Origin: Takakia lepidozioides
Taxonomy: Eukaryota > Plantae > Bryophyta
Assembly: GCA_030704615.1 (NCBI GenBank)
Contig: CM060731.1
Span: 16,492,001-16,556,000 of the forward strand
Direction of reading: 5' to 3'
Length of the DNA stretch: 64,000 nucleotides
Positions 1 to 12,939 of this stretch are shown here, piece by piece (the first letter of the stretch is position 1; each line of letters starts with the position of its first letter). Under the pieces are notes generated by a model. That model was not told where the DNA came from, searched no databases, and was given only the letters and a program-made list of their open reading frames with translations. The position numbers and the translations under genes are program-made.

Positions 1-1730
1 GATATACCCGCACAGTTCAGTGCGCGTTCGATGCCAAGCCACACCCTTCCCGTTCTGATTCGGCAGGAGAGAGAGGGTTGACTGGCGATGATGCACAGTC
101 AAAAGAGAGGATACACTGGGGTGCCTTCGCCTACCTGGGACAACATAATCTCATTCCTCAATCTGGTGAGAATTCCAGTTTCTTTCTTTTTTCTCTGAAA
201 GTTTCATTGGCAGTATTTCAGTCTGGTTCTTTGAAAACATTATTGCCATCGTTCTTAAAATAAATATGTCTGTTGCAGGTGAGCACTGGTCCCTCCTTCG
301 TGTGCGGTGTGCAGAAAACATATGCGGCTGACATTGTCATTCTCGACATCCCGGATGGCCAGGCTGTGCCAGAAGTTCTTTCAAATGGCAAGACGCCAGG
401 CTGGAATAAATTCAAGGACAACTACTGGAGTTGGGTGTTCGGGTTCTGTAATAATTTCCTCTCTGATGCAGGGACACTTCTGCTTTTTCAGTCATGTGAC
501 AAAGATAGTCGTCGGGCATTGGCATCATACTTGAAGTCTTCAGGGTTTGAAGTTTTGCGCACATGGAATTGTGTGAACAGCCTCTACCTTGTGAAAGGGG
601 GTTTCCCTGGTCAGCTGGTATGTCGTCTCCCTTCTGCTTGTGCTTTCATGATGAGTTTCAATGTTCTCTGCAGCTCCACTCTAGAAGAATCTGTCATGAT
701 CGACACCGATCATCACCGATTCGTGATAAAAATGATTGTTTTATGCCTGAGTTCTGAATAGCCGATGTGCACACTTCCACTATAGATTGTGTTTACCACA
801 CTAGCCTGCTATCTTTGGCAGACGAGGATGTTCGAGGCGATCTGCCTGCGGAGGATTCGCACCTCAAAGACACCATCCTCCATCCGCAGCTTTGAGATTT
901 CTGACCAGGGTTGTTTCGTCAACCCCCCTATGAGCCGCATGTCGATGACATTTTGTACAACTTCATGCAGTCCAGTCAGACTCTGAAGAGACCAGATGGC
1001 ACTCCCTGGAGAGGTGCAAAGGAAAAAATCCCTAGCGTTCATGCAAATACTGCTAGAGTCATGCAGCCACCACTCTGCACGGGTGGTCGATCTTTCTGTG
1101 TCCACAGGTTCGTTCTCTCCCTTCCGAATTGATTTTCTTTCACCAGTTTCATCTGCTTAAATCCCCCCCACCAAACTTTTCATGTCCTCCTATCTGGTGC
1201 AAGAGCAACTTACCATGCATGCAAGGTAGGCGGAAGAACCCTTTTTGGCATGGAGGGTGATTCTGACCTCTACAACACTGTGCTCCTCCCCCTTTTGTCT
1301 GGCTCCACTTCAGGCACACAGATTGATCGGATTCAAATTCGAAATGATGACGATCCCGAAGATAAGCAGGTCGACAACGACTTTTCATGTGAGTAAGTGC
1401 TAAACCCACTTTGGGAGCCTTACTCAATTTCTCAATAACATCAAAGTTACAGTAATAACTTTTTCAGGCTGTCTTTCAGGAAAGGCAGCGGTGGATCTTC
1501 AGAAGATACAGTCATTTGTGGCGAGTCTGTTTTTGACAGCCCCCTTTCCAATTTTCTGCTTCCTGATTATGCCGAAGCAATGGCACTTCACGCGGCCGAG
1601 TCCCTATCCCCTGACTTTTTACTGCCCGGCCGTAGGTGTAGCCAGCGTAGATCCGGAGTTCTTAAATACTTAGACTTAGATGCAGAGGAAGCGGGGATAC
1701 ATTGTACTGACTTTGAGTCAGAATGAACTA
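1..1730 (+). pseudogene. Spliced beta-class amino (N6-adenine/N4-cytosine-type) DNA methyltransferase-like gene, disrupted; 5' end lies outside the window, 3' end approximate
   Basis: Exons approx. 1-165, 279-617, 820-1107 and 1203-~1390. They give motif IV-like ADIVILDIPDG (cf. DLIITDPPY), then FLSDAGTLLLF, later PWRGAKEK-LAFMQILLESCSHHSARVVDLSVSTG|ATYHACKVGGRTLFGMEGDSDLY (cf. KP..L...I..S..GD.VLDPFxGSGTT..AA...GR..IG.E.D..Y). Motif IV before motif I is the beta permutation. Lesions: TGA at 79-81, frameshifts near 900 and 1025, acceptor AG->AA at 1201-1202. Confidence 0.7.
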
Positions 1731-1854
1731 TGTTCTTTTAATATTCTGTTTCATCCTCTTTGGAAAACGTTGAATCCCCTTCCTCCACCGTAGTTGTTCC
1801 TTTGGAAAGAAAAATAATCAAAGAATCAACTACCATTTAAATTGCAATATGTAT

Positions 1855-2215
1855 GAATCCATCTCACAAACCTCCCTCACTCTTGTCATATCCATTGTGC
1901 TTTCATCTACAGTGTATTCATGCGTGCTCCATTCATGAATGTTTTCCTTTGTTCAACATCCATTGTACATTCATCCTCTGTACTCTTTAATCCACCCCAC
2001 AAACCTACCACACTCATGTCATATACGTTGTGCATTCGTCTAAAATTTTAGTCATTCATCTTCCTGTCATGAAAGTTTTCCATTGTTCAACATCCATTAT
2101 ACATTCATCCATTTGACTCTTATCCATCCCTCATTCATCCATCTACATTCATTTTTCACATTCATCCATCTGTTTATCATCCAACTGTACATTCATCCAT
2201 CCTTTATTCATCTGT
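1855..2215. repeat. Degenerate ~130 bp duplication followed by low-complexity CATTCATCCAT repeats (subterminal region of the methyltransferase-bearing element)
   Basis: ccatctcacaaacctccctcactcttgtcata at ~1860 vs ccaccccacaaacctaccacactcatgtcata at ~1992; many cattcatccat variants 2085-2215. Confidence 0.6.
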
Positions 2216-2384
2216 TGCTTTCAGGTGGGAATGACCACTGCCTTTTATTATGTCGTCCAGATTGTTTCTGCGGTAAAGGGTGCCAATCCGCGGGAATACA
2301 CTCCACTTCTTCTTGGGCGCGTGGTGACGCGGCCTTCAAGTGTGATGACGTGGAGTGAGCCCGGTGATGTGACATTGGCGCAAG

Positions 2385-2441
2385 GTGACGTGGCGTGAGC
2401 GCAGTTGCGCTCACGCGACCAGGCTCACGCCGAGGCATCCC
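2385..2441. mobile_element. Right terminal inverted repeat of a DNA transposon (ends ...AGGCTCACGCCGAGGCATCCC)
   Basis: Aligns with the reverse complement of the left end of the 15272-16746 insertion (GGGAATGCTTTGCGCGTAAGCCTGTGAGCCCAGCCAGGCTCACGCCACATCA) and directly with its right end (CGCTCACACGCCAGGCTCACGCGGTAGCGTC). Confidence 0.65.
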
Positions 2442-3460
2442 TGCCAGCCAGTGGAAACCTCTGTTATGTTGTGACAACCCGGTTTTTGATGGCTTGTGTG
2501 AGAGACACACATCTGTTTTCCAGGCCCTAGTTTGCTTTGCTTACCTTATGGTAGTTGGAAACAAATTGAGAGGCTGCAAGGAACTGTTTGCTGCAGCTAC
2601 TCGGGTACGTCTGTTGGTAAAAGGCCCCTGTTATGTTCCAACCCAGATGGCTTTGTTAGCTAGATGCTTAGGCCAGGGTATGGTGAAGTTTCTGCCTGTG
2701 GCTATTCGGCTGACACTGAAATATGGCAGTAATATAAATGGTAATTGGTTTTTGAGGCAGCCAGGGTGGTCAAGTGGAAATAACCCCTGGACATGGTGTA
2801 ATGACATGGTCAAATGTGGAATGATGTGAAGGGTGTACTGACAATATCATATACTGTCACAGGATGTGTATGCAGTCCTTTATATTTACCTTGCTGTGTC
2901 ATGAGCTTTGATTTTCAGCTGTAGCAAGAAATAAAGGTATAGAGATGTTCTGGAAAACTTACTAGACATATCCACATCCCTTGTGGGGGCAAGCTGTACT
3001 GCATACTAGTCTAAACAAATACTGGCAAGGCAAGGTATTTGAATATGGGATATCCAAGTGTTCCTTTCTTTTTTAAGAAAACCCTCCATGACACCCATGG
3101 GGTTTTAGTAAGTTTGCTTGGATTACAGCTTGCAGACAGTAAATCTGTATGACTATGTGACCTGCACCACATCAAGGCCAAAATATGGCCAAGTACCCGC
3201 CATCCCACCCAGACCTCTGTAAGTGTATCATGATCTTGACTGGTGGTCAATCAGCATCAGTGGCATACTCTCTGGATTATGAATAATACTGACATGAACA
3301 CATTACTGTGCATGGATGTAATTCTGGATTTTCTAAGCTTGATGATTGATGGATGGTGCCACTGTTAAGTGGCTGATATGTCTATTTATTCTTTCATGAC
3401 AACGACCCTAGGGGTCCTGTCTTTGTCTTGACATGACAAAAAATATTTTCCCTCTCTTCT

Positions 3461-3700
3461 GTGCTGCTATCTTTAAGCTCCCGACGAGATAAATTCAAGG
3501 TCAGATGGTGGGTTCAGCTGCAACATATGTCCAACACCAGATATCCTAAGTTAATCGACTCTATATCTTGGAAACAGGACCGCCCTGTCAAACAGGGTAA
3601 GCCCTGGGAGAAGAGTGTAGAAGAGATTCTCAAGGATCTGAATCTGGACCCGCAAGTCTTGACCTTGCTGGATAAACCTGACTTAAAGAGTGTAGTGTGC
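3461..3700 (+). mobile_element. Fragment of a LINE ORF2 C-terminal region
   Basis: KVRWWVQLQHMSNTRYPKLIDSISWKQDRPVKQGKPWEKSVEEIL resembles the post-RT W..L.RM...R.PK....W segment of RTE/L2-like LINEs; it abuts the truncated MULE ORF. Confidence 0.4.
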
Positions 3701-6700
3701 GTTTGGTTGGCCACAAGTTAGGATTTGCCGGCGGGACCCGGGAGGACGCAGAAGTAGTAGCACATGCATGGAGTTGGGGTTGTCTCGCAAGGGAAAAGCC
3801 TGCCTCCTCCAGCATTTCAATCTCCTGAAATCTGAGATGTGTTCCCACCTTCATGGGCCAAACGGTTGGAGGAGATGGCTTCATCACTACGGAAGGACAC
3901 ACAGTTCCATGCACACATCTGGCACAATCATCTGCGCAGAACCAGAACTTGTGGTTCTTGGCTTCTGGTTGACCGTATGGACGCATCAAACCCGTGAAAG
4001 TCGGAGCAAGAGTTCGGGCACCACCTCTGGATATAGATGAAGTGCACTTCTCGAAATTAGTTGCCCTGATCGCTATATATTTCACACGAGACCCTGCACT
4101 TGTGCGTTCTATGTGCCAAACGTGGTCTAGGCATGCGGACTCAAGCACATCAAGGGGGTTGTTTCTCTCTTGCACCATTTCAGTGGCACTGTTTGATGCT
4201 GGAGCTTGCCGTCGTGTTGGAGGTTCCTCCAGAATGGAGGTTCCGGACATGGAGCTGTCATGCAGGGGAACACGAGGCTTCGAGAAGTTATCACGGTCTG
4301 CCCTTTGCGAATCGGAATCCGAACCAGGTGGAGTGTTCAATTTCCTCTTACAGGAGCCGAATCTCTCCTCCCCTTCAAGATGTGGAACTCTAGAAACAAG
4401 TGGCGTTCCCTGGGCATACATGCTCACCGCCCGTGCTATCTTGATTGGATCCCCAGATCTGTTTGCAGCACGTAACATCAACTCCCATTTGTCCGGACCT
4501 TTGCCACCAACCCCATCTCGCAAGGAATCACGGTATCGGGTTTGTTGTTGCAAGGCACGTATCAAATCATCTGTTGTTGCCACATACAAATCCCGACCTT
4601 GTTTCCCAGACTGCTGCAACCATGCGTTGTGCACAGTTTCTGCCAAATTGCAAGATGGCATGTCCGCCATTTCCTCAATGGACATGTTCTGCAAAGTGGA
4701 GAACCACACTTCAAAACAGTGAACAGGAAACAACATAAAGAAAGCGATGAGACAATAAAATGGAAAGTAAATGTATGAATAAAGCAAGAAATATAAGCCT
4801 CGTACCACTGCCATGACTGCTCCCCACTGTCTATACCGGAAGTGCCAAAACGCCAGCCAATCTTCCAATGCTCTCATACTCTCAAGTGATGCAGCTCCAG
4901 AAAAGAACCACCAGGCACGAATTGTCTGGAACAGAGTGTCCGCCTCCTTCATTGTTCTAGCATCTTTGTACTCTTTGCACAATTTACGGTGCTGAGTCTC
5001 CATCTCTGGTTTGATGTCCGATTTTGTATGTTTTTCCAGAGATTGTGTCCAATGGAATAGACATGTACGCTCTCTTCCTCGCATTGGCACTTTTGGGTCG
5101 CCCGATCCGAAGACAATATGAACAACATTGAAATTTGCTTGAGCACTATCCGCCATGAAACCTGCAAAATTTGGAGATGGCAGCCCATGACACGTATCAG
5201 GGAATTCCACATGAGCTTCTGGGATTCCGTATCCTCGGATTGCATGTCACAAACTGCAATTGTCATAACTCGTTGGTACACGGGATCGTAGACATGACAA
5301 GCCACAGTCGTCCAATCCTTCACTCATTTCACATGATCAAACATAAGAAAACAGTTCTGCAAGTCCATAGTCTTCTGCATCCGCTTCACGAGGCTAACCC
5401 CACTGCCCTCCCCAACAGTCGACATTTTGAAAAGAAAAACTCTAATGGCACCTTGACCTGGGAATACATTGTCCTGGATGTAATCATACTTGCTCACTCG
5501 TTTCAACTCCAAAATGTTGTCTATGTAGCCTCTGATACCAGAGCCCATTCTTAATGCATTGATCTAATGCCGAATGTTAGATGAACTCAAAGTGGAGAAA
5601 TGATCCATGACCAGGTCCAATGTTGCACCGTCAAGTTTAGTCCCCACAGAATCCCCTTCACTCAAAATATGGCTTTCCAAGAAGGACTTGCTTGCGCCAA
5701 GAGCAATTGCAGATGTTGTTGCGGATGGGTTTCTCCCGAACTCCTGTTTAATCAACCTCGATATTGTCTCAACACTCTCCCTGTAATCCCCCTTCGAGAC
5801 AGGATGGTTATGGAATCCGAAATGCACACAAGCTCTTGTCATTGTTTTCAAACGGTGGACAACATAGTACATTCTTGCTCCGCAGAGCGCCAAGCAGGAT
5901 GGCACAAGTTTGCAGAATTTGCAGACGAAAGTGTTTGCCGGTGGTGGGGCAGTCCCAAGCTGAAATGGATTTTCCGCCAGACCCTCCCATTCGCTTTGAT
6001 TATGAACCCCAGACTGAAGAAAATGTCTGCAAATCAAATTATCACACCTAAGGTGTCCATTGCAAACTGTTCTCCTGAAAACAAGCTTGTCATCATTCTG
6101 AATATTGGATGTTTTTGTTCTGCACCACGGGTGCCCGTCGTGTTTCTTGTCCATTCCATGCATCATGATTGTTACACCTCCAACTCGCGGATGAGGAGGC
6201 AGCTCGAATAGGATATTGCCATCAAAAGTCTCTGGCAAGAACTTCACAGGCACCTGCTTCAAAGATTCCCAATCAATTCCTCGCAACTCACTTTTGAATC
6301 CAGCCATTCCTCCCATCGCCCGTAGTTTTGGAATGATACTACAAATCTCTTCTTCATCAGCTTCTCCAACCACAGTAGGAACGACTGGATTTGGAATGTC
6401 ACTTATGTCATCATCGGACGAATCCGAAAGCTCAACGATTGGAGTGGAGGATGTCTGTTCTTTTTTCACCACCACCTCCCTCTTGTCTTGAACGACCAAA
6501 GCAGCAATCCCGGGCGTCACATATGATCCAAGGGACTTTCGCCGAGGCTCTCCAAGTACTCTGTATCGACCAGGGTGCACTCTCCACTAGCTGACATAAG
6601 CCGTCTCATCACGGTTTTGGAAAGAGTATTTCAACAACTTCCCTTTCAAATCGTACACCTCTTTCTCCAAAAAGATGGAGCCATTCTGAAGCTGAAAACG

Positions 6701-6940
6701 GGTAGCCAAGACATGTTCCAGAACAATTGCAAATCCATTGTCAAGGACTTCCTGGGAGAACGGCACTGGTTTGTCGTCAGAGAAGAACTCCGCTTCAGAG
6801 GGTCATCTTCCTTCCTCGCGTACGTTGATACCTTGCTATCGCAGACCTTCAGTGTAAATCGGTTTACTGATGTCTCCAGAACACAGTTGAAGAATGAGTA
6901 GAGAATATGGCGGAGGAAGCTTAGACGACGACTGTGCATA
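3700..6940 (-). mobile_element. Mutator-like (MULE) DDE transposase pseudogene with an N-terminal WRKY/GCM1-type zinc-finger DNA-binding domain
   Basis: ORFs 5564-6580, 5324-5548, 4949-5323 and 3630-5210 join through stops and a frameshift. Finger: WCRTKTSN..RRTVCNGHLRCDN..C..CKFC..C..CGARMYYV..RACVHFGFHNHP. Catalytic core: FLMFDHVK, FAGFMADSAQANF, CLFHW (the MULE CxxH motif), NLAETVHNAW. In-frame GT-AG intron ~4692-4805. Confidence 0.8.
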
Positions 6941-9504
6941 TTCTGTTATTCCTTCTAGATATGCAGCCGTCCATTTTAATTACTTTTCTTGTGGGCCCAG
7001 TGGTCAGAGTATCCCCAGGAGCAATGTCGGCAACTGTTAAATCGTTAATCAGAACCTCATCAATAAACACAATAACAAGCCGACTTCCTGGAAGCATGCC
7101 ACATGATCTGAGGGTGGGATTGCAGATTAAGTAAATGCATCTTTATACTACTACCAATGATCATGCGCACCTGGAAAGTTCAAAATGTGAAACGAACGTG
7201 GGGTTGGCTAACAAGGATGAACGTGTATGATATCCCAAAATTTGTCATCAAACTCTCGTTCATTTACATATATTTGTCCAAGACTGTGCGCCAAGATTTC
7301 TGGGATTCGCTGTTATTTTTAAATATTGAAACCGTTCTAATAAAGAACACGCCGTTTATTTTGGGCGACACACGTCAGACATCGATAACTATATTGAATA
7401 CGAACAGCTGTACACTAATTGCTGGTATGTGCACTAATAAGGGAATGACTATGTGTAACGGTCACGCGAGAAGGAATCCGATGCTTCTAGAGACAAGCAA
7501 CAACGCACGCAATCCCGCAAGAAATGGGGAGTCACTTCATTTTTCTACTTTCGCGCTTAGAGGGAGAGTGGAAGTCAAGCTGGAGAGGGTTCCTTCTACA
7601 ATACGAAAGAGAAGAAAGTCTTTTTATCTTACTTCCCTTAGAGAGAGACGCAGAGCAAGAGAGCAAATGACGAGGCGTCGTTTGTTGGAGAACACAGGGC
7701 CAAGGTAGCAGGTGAGTGCGGAGACTAATTCACAAGAGCAGATCGAGACTGAGGCAGCGGCTGTGACACAGTCGGCGATAACAGTGCGCGTTGGAAACCA
7801 GCCTGTGGATGCAGAGATGACTCGCAGGGAAACTGAAGGAGGTGGAAATACGAGGAACGTTGAACCGGGAGAAGGTCCAGAAACCCTAGAGCAGATAGAA
7901 ATTCCAGCAGATGTGAGAGGGAAGAGGAAAGCTGCAGAAGGGGATCCAATTTCAAAACCTAAGAAGGCGCCAATAAGTTTTCTCTAACTTACATTTCATT
8001 GTTGAAGATCTGCGTAGAGATTGAGTGGAATGTCCCAGAAAAGGATTGTCGCTACCGACCATCACCATGAAACAACGATGATTTGCTTTCTACTCCTCTG
8101 TTAAGGGTTTACCGCACAATGAGTGGGTGACTGACGGTACCGTCATTCATTGTTGTTCAGATCATACAGTCTGTCTGATTGCCTTTCAAGCAGTCCTTCC
8201 TCTTCCCTTCTTTAGCAGGAACATGTGATTGAAGTCTATTGAATTGCGAGCGTCATTAACGCCATTCGACTCTCCTCATGAGATTTATGTACCTATGTGT
8301 TTGAAGAGAGAGTGAGGGTCAGCATATTCAGTCATATTGTTTTGCAATGCATTTTCTTTGTTTGAGGTTGAACAGATAGAGAAGTGGAAAGGCGGTACCG
8401 CCAATCAAAGATTTGAAGACCATACTGTAGATTCAGGTAGAGTATCGATTGGAAAGTACTCTCGACATAGACAGGAAACAGTGAATGCTTGCGACGTTCA
8501 TCACAATGGAGTCAATCTGAATAATCTGCACTTACTGTACGCCCTAAACTATACTGAATGTCGTTGCCGCCAATCACTTATACATATATGTCATTGCACA
8601 ACACCGATCCGGCAGGTCCCACTCTTTTGTGATTGTCGTTAACGCCGTTCGCTTTTGCTCAAAACCTTTCTGTTCCTGTGTCCCTAGAATCATAGTGTTT
8701 TGTTTTGAATTCGGCAGGATCAGTTTTGCTTGTGTAGATGGTTCTGAATTTGTTTCACACCATTCATTGTGAGTTGAGACGAGACAGAGTGATGGTCGTT
8801 ACCGCCGTTCACTATTTGCACATTACTCAGTCAGATTTGAAAGATTTGTCATGTCTGTTACCAGAAAATTGTCCGATGAAAATTAAGTTAGGAATAAAAC
8901 TTCCCGGAACTTGTTTCCAGTCTGTGACATGGGGGAGGACATCATGGATGCGCTCAAGGGTCTATTCCACTCTTGGCACCAAACCTAAATTTAAACTCAA
9001 GGCAGGAAGACTACCTTTGAACAGTAAACAGAAGCAGAGAGGAAAGGGAGAGTGCAATTTCCCTGACGTACCTCTACTGCTGCTGGTGCTTGATGCGAGC
9101 TGGTGCGGTGGGTTGGTGCGGTGCTGTCGCGGCTGCCAATGGCGCGGGTCCCCCACAGTGCATGGCGTCTCTCCCCCACTCACCACGGCTCTCTCTCTCT
9201 TCAGCTCGTTTAGGTCGCGCCTCTGCGCGGCGTTCCTACCACACAGGGGAGAGAGACATCAGCCCGTGCTTAGGGCAAGAAAGCAAGAGAGAAAGTGAGG
9301 GAGGAGGCGGTGCTTACCTTGGGCGTTGGAGCGGCGTTGGGGCAAACTCATTGGGGCCTTGCGACCACCTCGGGCTCAGCAGCAGGTGCGTTTCTCCTCC
9401 ACCCTAAACCCCGCTCTCTGAACTACCTCTCTCCCAAAGAACAAACAAAAACGGGAGGGGAAAGAGATGCTTCAAGCACTTAGGGAAAAAAAAAGGCACG
9501 GTGC

Positions 9505-9735
9505 CTACGTGCAACGCCCAGCCGTCGCACGTCTACACCCGCCTTTTTTTTGAAATGTAAAAATGATTGTTGCGACGGCCGGCCGTCGTTGCTTGCGACC
9601 CCTGGCCCCATAATTTTAAAAAAACACGTCGCCCCCCGCGACGGCTTCCCGTCGCGGGGTGCGACCCCCAGGTAAAAAATTGAAAAAACTCGTCGTCAAA
9701 TGCGATGCAAGGGTGTCGTAGGAGGCAACGGCCGA
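9505..9735. repeat. Cluster of short palindromic GCGACGG..CCGTCGC motifs, like CACTA subterminal repeats
   Basis: gcaacgcccagccgtcgc, ttgcgacggccggccgtcgttgc, gcgacggcttcccgtcgc and gcgacccc x2, separated by A/T runs; upstream of SET and En/Spm transposase relics. Confidence 0.55.
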
Positions 9736-10146
9736 CATTTCTAGGTTTAGGGTTTAGGGCCTTTTGGGTTTCTTAGTTTTTATTTATTTTTTCATATGGT
9801 ACTCGGTTAGGGTGTTTGCTTTTCTTTATGGTGCTGGGTTTTGGATTGGCGGTTTTGGTTGTGGGTCTTGGGGTTAAAAGGATAAACGGTGTGATTAGGA
9901 TTCACATACCCAAAATGTGGTTCAATCTGATAATCGCAAAGCGCTGGGTCTCAACAAATTTTTCCATGGTGTGGGCATCCTGAAGATAAAACGAGAGGAA
10001 GGATTTATTGTCTTGGGCTCTAGCACCATAGGGATGCTCCGCCTTTGGTTACCAATTTTGAAAGCCCCAAGGCTGAGGCATAGGGTTTTTTTGCCAACGG
10101 TTTTTGAGAAATGACAGTGTTGGTGATGTGTGTTAATTAGGATGCG

Positions 10147-11680
10147 ATGGTGAGGAAACATCGACCCGTCTCCCTCGAGGATGAGGAGGTAGTACCACAT
10201 ATCGATTGTGGCCCTAGAGCGATCGTTTTTCATGGCGAGGAGCCACCCATTGCACCTGATCCAATACAGGCTGCCGGGCACAATCGTAGAAGGGACCGGA
10301 GCCAAATTTCAGGTGATGCGGAGGATGTTGACACTCCGGGATTGAGACGGGCGCGCCGCGGGTCGCCCCCTCGCGGGCCACCCCGTCCAACCACGTCCAC
10401 CTTTGACCCCCCCCCCCCCGACAGGATTGAGTGTTGGTGCACTAAGTGATGGGAACGGATACCGACGGGCGGCACCAGACCACCGAGGCGGCGACCGCAT
10501 GTTGTCGAAAAACATTACAAGAAGAACAAGATTGCGGATGCGGCAAAGGTGAGTGTTTTTCCCACCCCTCTCATTAACATTCATTTAAGGTACATTTAGG
10601 TTTATCTAATAATATAGTATGATTGGTACATGAATCAAAATTACGACATAAGTATTGATGCATCGTTCACTACGCACATTGCAGCCACGACTTGATGCCC
10701 AAGCTCGTAATCACATTGCACAGGAGGCATTTCGCGCTGGTCTACTTGCAGAATTTGTGCCAGAGCATGTGCCCGATGTGACCAGTTGGTTCCCCCAGCA
10801 GCACGTAGATGAGTTGCGTAGGGTCGAGGAGTATCGTAGGTGTCGTATGGCCGGCGACGAGCAGCCCCCCCCCCCCCGTCTGTTTCTTTGCCTGATTCAC
10901 CTCCGGTAGTATCTATTCCGGACGTTATACCCCCGGCTGCACCTCCGACATTACATCCTCAACCACCTCCACCTCCACCTCCACCTCCACGTGCATGTGC
11001 CCCCCGAACCCCTAGGAGGGGTCGGCTTCGCCCTAGGTTTCCTCCCCTTCGGCTTGGGCGGCCTGAGCCGGATCCTTGCCCCCGATGGGAAGCACATAGG
11101 ACTATGTTACTGAGGACCGTCCAGCCTCATTGTTAGGGGAATCATCTCGACCCTCCTACCCCCATCCGAGAAAACGTGGAGTTCGAGTATTTGGGGGGAC
11201 GGTATGTTGTGAGAGCCGCTACAGACCCTGTTATGGGTCGGGGTTTATTCACGGTCAATGATATTGTGGTTCCTCCTCAGAGAAACAGCATGGTGGACTT
11301 GTTTCCCTACTATGGTCCATACTACACCTCCGCGGAGTTCCGTACATTACGCCTCGAAACCCCATACATCCATTTTGTGTGTCAACGGACAGGATGTACG
11401 TAGACGGGGGTTGTCTCCCATTGAGATCAGATTTTGTGATGGTGACCCCGACATCTTTGGCAATGTTGCTGGGTTGATCAATAGTTCTTTTGGTCATCCT
11501 AGGAGAACCAATGTAGTATGGGACGAGCGAAGTGATGGGCATGAGAGCTTTTGTGGTCATACGTCAGTATATTGTGAGGGGATGCACATGTTTGTGATGA
11601 CATGTGCTAGTAGGACTATTAGGGCTGGCAGCGAACTATTTGCATCATACGAGTTCTCCCGGGATGATTGGGACCTCTGA
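10147..11680 (+). pseudogene. SET-domain (protein lysine methyltransferase-like) gene with a proline-rich N-terminal part, disrupted
   Basis: 11176-11680 reads across a frameshift (~11370): YVVRAATDPVMGRGLFTVNDI..LFPYYG..FCDGDPDIFGNVAGLINSS..NVVW..MTCASRTIRAGSELFASYEF. This matches SET motifs GxGLF, xxINHS and RxIxxGEELxxxY. Confidence 0.75.
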
Positions 11681-12939
11681 TTACAGCGTGAGTGGGATGT
11701 GTATGATAGAAATAGGGTTCCTTTGAGACAGGGATCGCGTAGATGGGCATTGTAGATATTCTCATGATGTACTTTGTATACATCCGATTAATCGATTGAT
11801 GTAAAAAAAATTCTTGTTGCTCGTGTGGGTTGCAACTTTGCATATGTGATCTAAACATACTTATGCACATGTGGACCAAATATGAGCTTGAACCAAGTTG
11901 ATTCAATAGGTCATTCTAGTGTTGAAAGCAGCTACGTGTCATAGAGACTGAAAATTGCGTTTCATCTGTAGATTATTATTTTTTTATTCCATTTTCAAGC
12001 CATATGCTTAATGATAGCATATGCAATGTGCGTGCAAAATTTGGGAGTAAACAAAAGTCATTTGGACTCATAACCAGATTTTGTTCTCTCATTTGCACTC
12101 CAAAATTGAGTTATTTTCAACTTCATGCACTCTTCATTGAGAGTTTTGCAAAAGTGACCCTAGAAACACACTTATTGTTTTTCCATTTTTATTTTGTCCA
12201 AGTTTTTGCATGGATATAGTGGTGCAAAGCCTGATATCATAAAACAAAATAGAGCTAAAAATAAAATCATTACGCCCCTCAAAACCGCAATCATATATTT
12301 TCTAAATGCAAATATTTATTTTAAATTCATTTAAATTCGATTTAATTCCAAAATTGGTGCAAGGGTGAGTGCGTCGTTGGGGAGGCAAATGTTTTTTTTT
12401 TCCTGCTGGATCTTTGTATAGGTGTTGCACACATATTTAAGCACATGTAGGAAAAAATGAAGCTTGAGCCACATCCGTTTGTTGGGTGCAATGGCATGAG
12501 AGGATTTTCTTTCACATTAATAAACAAAAATTGGTTGATAGGGTGAATGCGTCATTGGGGGGGGGCAAATGATTTTGCTTGGGTTTGAAACTTTGCATGT
12601 GTGTACGTTGCGCACATACATGTAATTATTGAATGACATATTTGATGCACGCACACATTGAAGGTTGTTGTTTGCATTTCGCTTATAATGAAGTGTATGG
12701 TTGCAATGACACATTATAATATATGTCCCTATGTTCATTTGTTCGTATCAGGACTTTCTCCATCCCTTCCCCGTCCTTTCTCTTGGCACCCTATCCGAAA
12801 ACAACCCAAGTACATCAGGCGGGAGCCGTGGGCGAGACGCCGCCCCCACGATACCGGACGATGATGACGATGACAGTGATAGTGACAGTGACAGTGACAA
12901 CAACAATGAGCATGGAATTAACCAGGAGGATGTGCAAGC

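Noticed and set aside
3768-6901. Plus-strand ORFs (e.g. 3994-4722, 5600-6211) and similar ORFs opposite the PPR and nested gene
   Set aside because: Antisense shadows of the real coding strands, with no recognisable motifs.
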